Origin: Monocercomonoides exilis PA203
Lineage: Eukaryota; Protista; Preaxostyla
DNA length: 64,000 nucleotides
Assembly (NCBI GenBank): GCA_001643675.2
Contig: LSRY02000028.1
Span: 930,001-994,000 of the forward strand
Direction of reading: 5' to 3'
Shown here: positions 59,001-64,000 of the stretch, piece by piece
Layout: each line of letters starts with the position of its first letter
Numbering within the stretch: the first letter of the stretch is position 1
Program-made: the position numbers and the translations under genes
Notes under the pieces: model-generated
Databases searched by the model: none
Told to the model about the DNA's origin: nothing
The model's input: the letters and a program-made list of their open reading frames with translations, nothing else

Positions 59001-62000
59001 TCCACCTGAAAGTTCTCTAAAATGCATCCGCGCTTCCTCGTCTTTTCTTTGTACTTCTTCTCTGTTATTTCGCCTTCTTGTCTCCTGTTCTGCTTTCCCT
59101 TTTGATGTAAATTCTCGTGTTTGTGGACGAATTCGCCTAGCAGTCAGTGCAGGCTGCTCTTCATTTTCATCACCATCATCCTCTTCATTCTTCCCCAACA
59201 ACGCTTCTTCCTTAAGCTTTTGCTCTCTTTGTATTCTCTGTCGTTCCATTTCCATCATCTGGATAGCCTCTAACTTTTCGGCTTCTCTAAGCTTTTCTAT
59301 CTCATTCTCATTCACCATCACTGGAAGTGTCTTTTTGATAAGTTCATCCATAAGAAACACGGGTGCGGATTGCTTGTCAGTTCTTTCATTATCCCAGCTG
59401 CCTTCAGATGAAAGTCTCTCATCGCTGGAATATTTTTGTGTAGTGACAGTTGTTGGTGTGGCTGAAAAATGACCATGATAAAATGATAAAGGAGGAGGGG
59501 GATAAAATGGCCTTCCAACTATTTGCTGTCCATTGACTTCCAAAGACGAAGGCGCCCCAGCTATCTTCTGTTTCATTTCATTATTTTCCGCCAGTTTTTG
59601 CTGTATTGGTGTGACCTGCCTTGTGTATCTCATCGGACCCGATCCTTTAATTTGCAGTGCCTCCTTCAGCTCCGAGTCTTCATTCTCCAGCACTTTCTTC
59701 AGCTGCATCTGAATCTTCTTCAACTGCTGCAGAAAAGAGTTCGATCCCGACGTAAACTGCGTCTGGTGTGGCTTTGATCGGGCTGTTGACGGATAGTTGC
59801 GTATTGATAAGAACGGGTGTGCTTCATCTGAAGCTGTTTCGAATTGCTGGGATGGCTCTTGTTCTTGTTTCTGTAGCTGCTGCAGAAGATGGCGATGGCG
59901 ACGCTGTTCATTTTGGATTTCCAAATTTGCTTTGTTTTGAAATTGTTCCCCTTGTTCGTTTTCATCATATGACTCGGTCACTGTATCTATGCTTGGACAC
60001 GAACATGAACAAGAGTCTGTTGAATATGAAGAAGACGAAAGAGACTCATCTTCGCTTGAGTAGTCGCTTCCTGAAGAGGAAAAGTCAACATCAAGAAAAG
60101 AATCACTCAGCATTTCTTGTGAATAATCTGGATTTTTACCATCGAGTCTTTTGTTTGAGGCAATATGGTATGAATGAGGAAAGCTTTTTGTCAAAGAACG
60201 CGATAACAAAGGAGAAGACGCTGAGTCGAGGGCATCCACAAGAGATTTCTGTTGTGCAGCGTTTGGTCGATGTGGAGGAATTGATGAGACTGCCATGGGA
60301 GTTGCACTCTGATTGTTTGTGTCAGAAGGATACGTTTGCTTCAATGGAGCAATGCTGGAAGTTACAGCATGAATATCTGATGCTGATAAAGTTTGAAATA
60401 GCTCAGCATTTAATTTCGAATCTGAAGAGTTCGCTTTTAAAGGAGAGAAGAGCGAATGTGAAGTAAGTGATGAACTTTGAGGGAATGTCAACGACGATGA
60501 CAACTGCTGTTGCAAAGTAACTTTTGCTTGCTGAGTTGCAGGAGAATCCAAAGAAGGATCGTAGTGTGATGGGTAGAAAGACTTTCCATTTGTCAGATTC
60601 AGTGAAGAATCCAATGTGGAGCTGTGCAGCTGATTCATTGAAGAAGTCAGTGAAGACGATAAAGCAGAAGACTGCTGTGCATGAAGACTTGCCTCAAATT
60701 GAGCTGAAGGGTGTGCGGTGTGCTTCATTCCGCGAAGAGATCTGTTGTACATTCGCACTCCCATTTGGATGATGGGAAACAATACGTCGTTCAAGTTCGT
60801 GTTGCTGTTGTGATGCGAACTATGTTTTTTCTTCCTCTCTTTTGCACTTTCACTGTTTTCATTGTTCTCAACGTGTCTGTTTTGCTCATTCATTCCTTTT
60901 TGCATCCGCTCTTTCATTTCATTTATTTCGCTCTTTGTCCCTCTTTCGCGCATTTCACTGACTGGCATCAATTCTGAATATGGACCAGACATAAACTTCA
61001 CCCTTTTTCGAGGCGGAGGAGGAGGTTGCGTTGGCTCAAGTGTCATCTTTTGGTGGGAAGAAACTCGATTTAACGATGCTCTCTTTTCATTGAACCATCC
61101 ATTTTCTTTTCCTGCATCAGTTATTTTGTTGTTTTCATCAATGGAACTGCTGAATACATTCGAAATATACTCTTCTTTATCATTCCCACGAGGCAATTGT
61201 TCAGAACGCTGGTCAGATTCAGCAAAACGAGTTTTAGTTGGAGAAAGCGGAGGAGGCAACCGCAGTGAGGAAGGAGAAGGTGTTGGTTGAAGATTTTGTT
61301 CAGGAAGTGTTTGATATTCGGAGGGATAAGAATTAGCAGAAAAGGATGAATGCCTGTTACGATTGTGATGGTGATGATGCATGTGATAATATGGGCAAGT
61401 CTTTTTATGTTGTTTTCTATGTGAATGATGTGCATGTACCTGCTCATCGTTGTATTTTTGATTGTTTGCTCTCGTTATTTCATCGGATTCCGAATAGAAT
61501 TGATTCGGTTGCCCAAGTCCTTCAAAACGAAGTCCATTTCCTGTATTATCTTCATTCCCATCATCCGTTCTATCTTCTGCAGTCATTTTCTGCATCTGAA
61601 TAGAATGAGGAAGAGGCCTATCTCTGCTCCGAGTTAGAAGGCTGTTTTCTTCATCTGTTTTTTCTGTTTGCGAATGAACACCCGAAGATGGGATAGAAGA
61701 TGGCTTGTTGTCAATCACAACTCTTAAAGTTCTTTCTGTTTCATCACTCTCAATCACAACAGGAGATCGAATATTCGAAACATTATTATCTGCGCTGCTG
61801 TCTGTTTCTTCATCTTTTGTGTATCTGTCAACTTCATTTGTATTCCCTGAGTCAACAAGATCATTCGAACCAAAGTTCTCATTGATATCCAATTCTTGTG
61901 CATTTTCATCATCAACTTCTCCTCCTCTAACGTATTGTGGTGTCACAGGCGGTGTGACAGCAGAAAAGAGATGTGCAGACGACGCCCGACGGAGCAGAAG

Positions 62001-64000
62001 TTTGTTTTCGTCTTCGCTTCTTCTGGTTGCTCTGCTCGCAATGCTGGCTCGACTCAAATGGCTTTCACTGCGCGTCAGCTGATGTGCTTCGTCTTCAGCT
62101 GGTGAAGACTCGCTGGACTCTCTTTCTGGCTTGTTACTTGCTTCATTTTGGGATTCTTTGACTTGTTGTGGACTTTTTGTTACATTCAACGTGTCATCCT
62201 CATCAGAATCTTCGCTCAACTCATCTGCAATTGGAGCGATTGTTGTTGCTGGTGGGCTTGCTTTGTCAGATGATTCCAACGATAAAGCCGATGAGGATGT
62301 GACTGAACGAGTTTTACTGACATCTGGAAGTTCGGTTGAACTTGAAGAAGAAGAAGGTTCCTTCTGTAAGATAGAAGCTAAAGAGTCTGCGATTGGCAAA
62401 GAGACTGGTGATAAAGCGGTTTCAGACGTTTGAGAAGAGATAGGCTGCAAAGGAGAAGACAATGACGAGAATTGATAGGATGGCTTTGTTTCTTCTTTTG
62501 TTTCTTTTGCTTCTGCATCTTTCAAAGCATCTGTCATTGTTTCATCTGGTTTTGGAGCATCTTCGCTTCCTTTCAGATTTCTTGTCATTTCTGTGTCTGA
62601 TGTTTGTGGGCGTGACTCTTTCTCCAAAGTGAAGTCGCTGTCGACGATGCGAAGATTGTGGTTGCTTTGCGACGATTCTGGAAGGAAGATAAATGCAAAA
62701 CATACATTGGCAAATAAATTTGGAGAAATGCAAGAAGATTTCACAATTAAATAAATTTATTACAGTTATTATGCATTGAATAATTAAAAATAAACAATAT
62801 TTTTTAAAATAAAAGAAAAACAAACCCAATTTTCTACCACGATCAAACATCGACGACGTCGAAGGAGACGGAGAAAGAAGAGAAGTTATTCCATCATTCG
62901 TTTGTTTGCTTTCATTTTCATCTTTTTTATTTTCCGGTTTTTCTTCATTAATCTTTCTTTCTTTCTCTTCAGACGAAGATGTCTGATGCATTTTGTGTGG
63001 TGTCTTTGAACCAGAATCTCGTTTTTTGGATCGACTTGAACCAGGTTTAGGTGAAGACGATGCAGAAGATGGAGTGGATTTTCCTGATTTCACACTTTTC
63101 CTCCCTTTTCTTCTTGAAGATGGAGTTTCTGATGTTTGAGGGAATTCTATTGGTCTTATGGAATCTATTGGCAAGAATGGAAAATCATAATTTATAAACA
63201 CATAAGTAATCAAAGAAAAGAAAAGATAAAGAAAACAAAGATGATTGATGAACAGAAATAATAACAAAGTTAAGTTAATTCTGACTAACCAAACAAACCA
63301 TTTTGATCAGAAGACTGCTTATTAGCATCATCGCCTGTTCGAGAAATAAGATTTTCAGTTGCCTTCTTCATTCTCTCCATTCTTTCCATCATCAGCTTCT
63401 TTTCTTTCTCCAGGAACTGTTTTTCGTACTCTTCTTTCTCCTTCTTCTCCTTCTCCTCCAACTCCTTCTGTCTTCTGTTTGCTTCTTCCATCTCCTTTTC
63501 TCGTCGGATGGCTTCTCTTTCTCTTCTCTCTTCTTCTTCCTTTGCCAATCGTGCTGCTTCTTTGGCTCTCTCTTCTTTCTGCTGCGTAGTCAGCTCCAAC
63601 ACAATCACTGGTGCTATTGGAATGTATTTCAAGTCATCTTCATCTTCCTCCTCCTCTTCTTCTTCCTCCTCCTCCTCTTCTTCCTCCTCCTCATCTTCCT
63701 CCTCCTCTTCTTCCTCTTCCTCCTCCTCTTTTCCCTCCACTTTCTCTTCTTTTATCTCCTTTATTATTTCTTCCGCATTCTCTTCACCTTCTTTTGCATT
63801 CCCATTTTGCTGCATTTCTCCAGAAACATCTGAAGAATCTGGAACAGCTTCATCATCCCCTTCATTTTCTTTTTCTTTTTCCTTTTCCTTGTTCTTTCTC
63901 TTCTCTTCCTCTTTTAATCTCCTTTCAACTTCTTTCTCCGCCTTTTTCTTCTCTCTTTCTCTTTTTCTCTCCATTTGTTTTGCTCTCTTCTTCGCTCTCG
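56034..64000 (-). CDS. Large low-complexity (Glu/Lys coiled-coil, Ser-rich) hypothetical protein, 5' end outside the window; exons >64000-63299, 63164-62826, 62677-56034
   Basis: Two phase-1 GT-AG introns (63165-63298, 62678-62825) join track ORFs 63285-63974, 62542-63267 and 56034-62744 in frame (..DQN-D-SIRPIEF...RKL-E-SSQSNHN..). More than 2500 aa, with no recognisable globular domain. Confidence 0.75.

Noticed and set aside
1-64000. CRISPR arrays, rRNA, tRNA, prokaryotic operons
   Set aside because: No repeat-spacer periodicity or recognisable RNA gene, and the intron-containing genes show the DNA is eukaryotic.

Overview
Eukaryotic genomic DNA, read in the standard genetic code, with short AT-rich GT-AG introns, AT-rich spacers and GC-richer coding regions full of poly-Ser/poly-Glu tracts. 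The style suggests a metamonad/oxymonad protist such as Monocercomonoides, which is inference only. In order the window holds: (1) a partial secreted or surface Cys-rich beta-helix (GGA-repeat) protein on the minus strand; (2) a giant ~5980-aa Fused/STK36-type kinase with an embedded ubiquitin-like domain; (3) a dead, intron-containing Merlin/IS1595-type transposase split by a 240-bp MITE with an ATAT target duplication; (4) a 1-kb asymmetric foldback; (5) a beta-helix receptor pseudokinase broken by one in-frame TAA; (6) a decayed Ser-rich gene; (7) a 4-exon AZUL+HECT E6AP/UBE3A-like ligase; (8) a 10-exon OSCA/TMEM63-like channel with a huge disordered tail; (9) a TM2-domain protein; (10) a stand-alone Aha1-N (Hch1-like) co-chaperone; (11) a second MITE with telomere-like motifs; (12) a partial large low-complexity protein. 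Exon structures were worked out by hand from splice sites and reading-frame phase. No rRNA, tRNA or CRISPR array was recognised.
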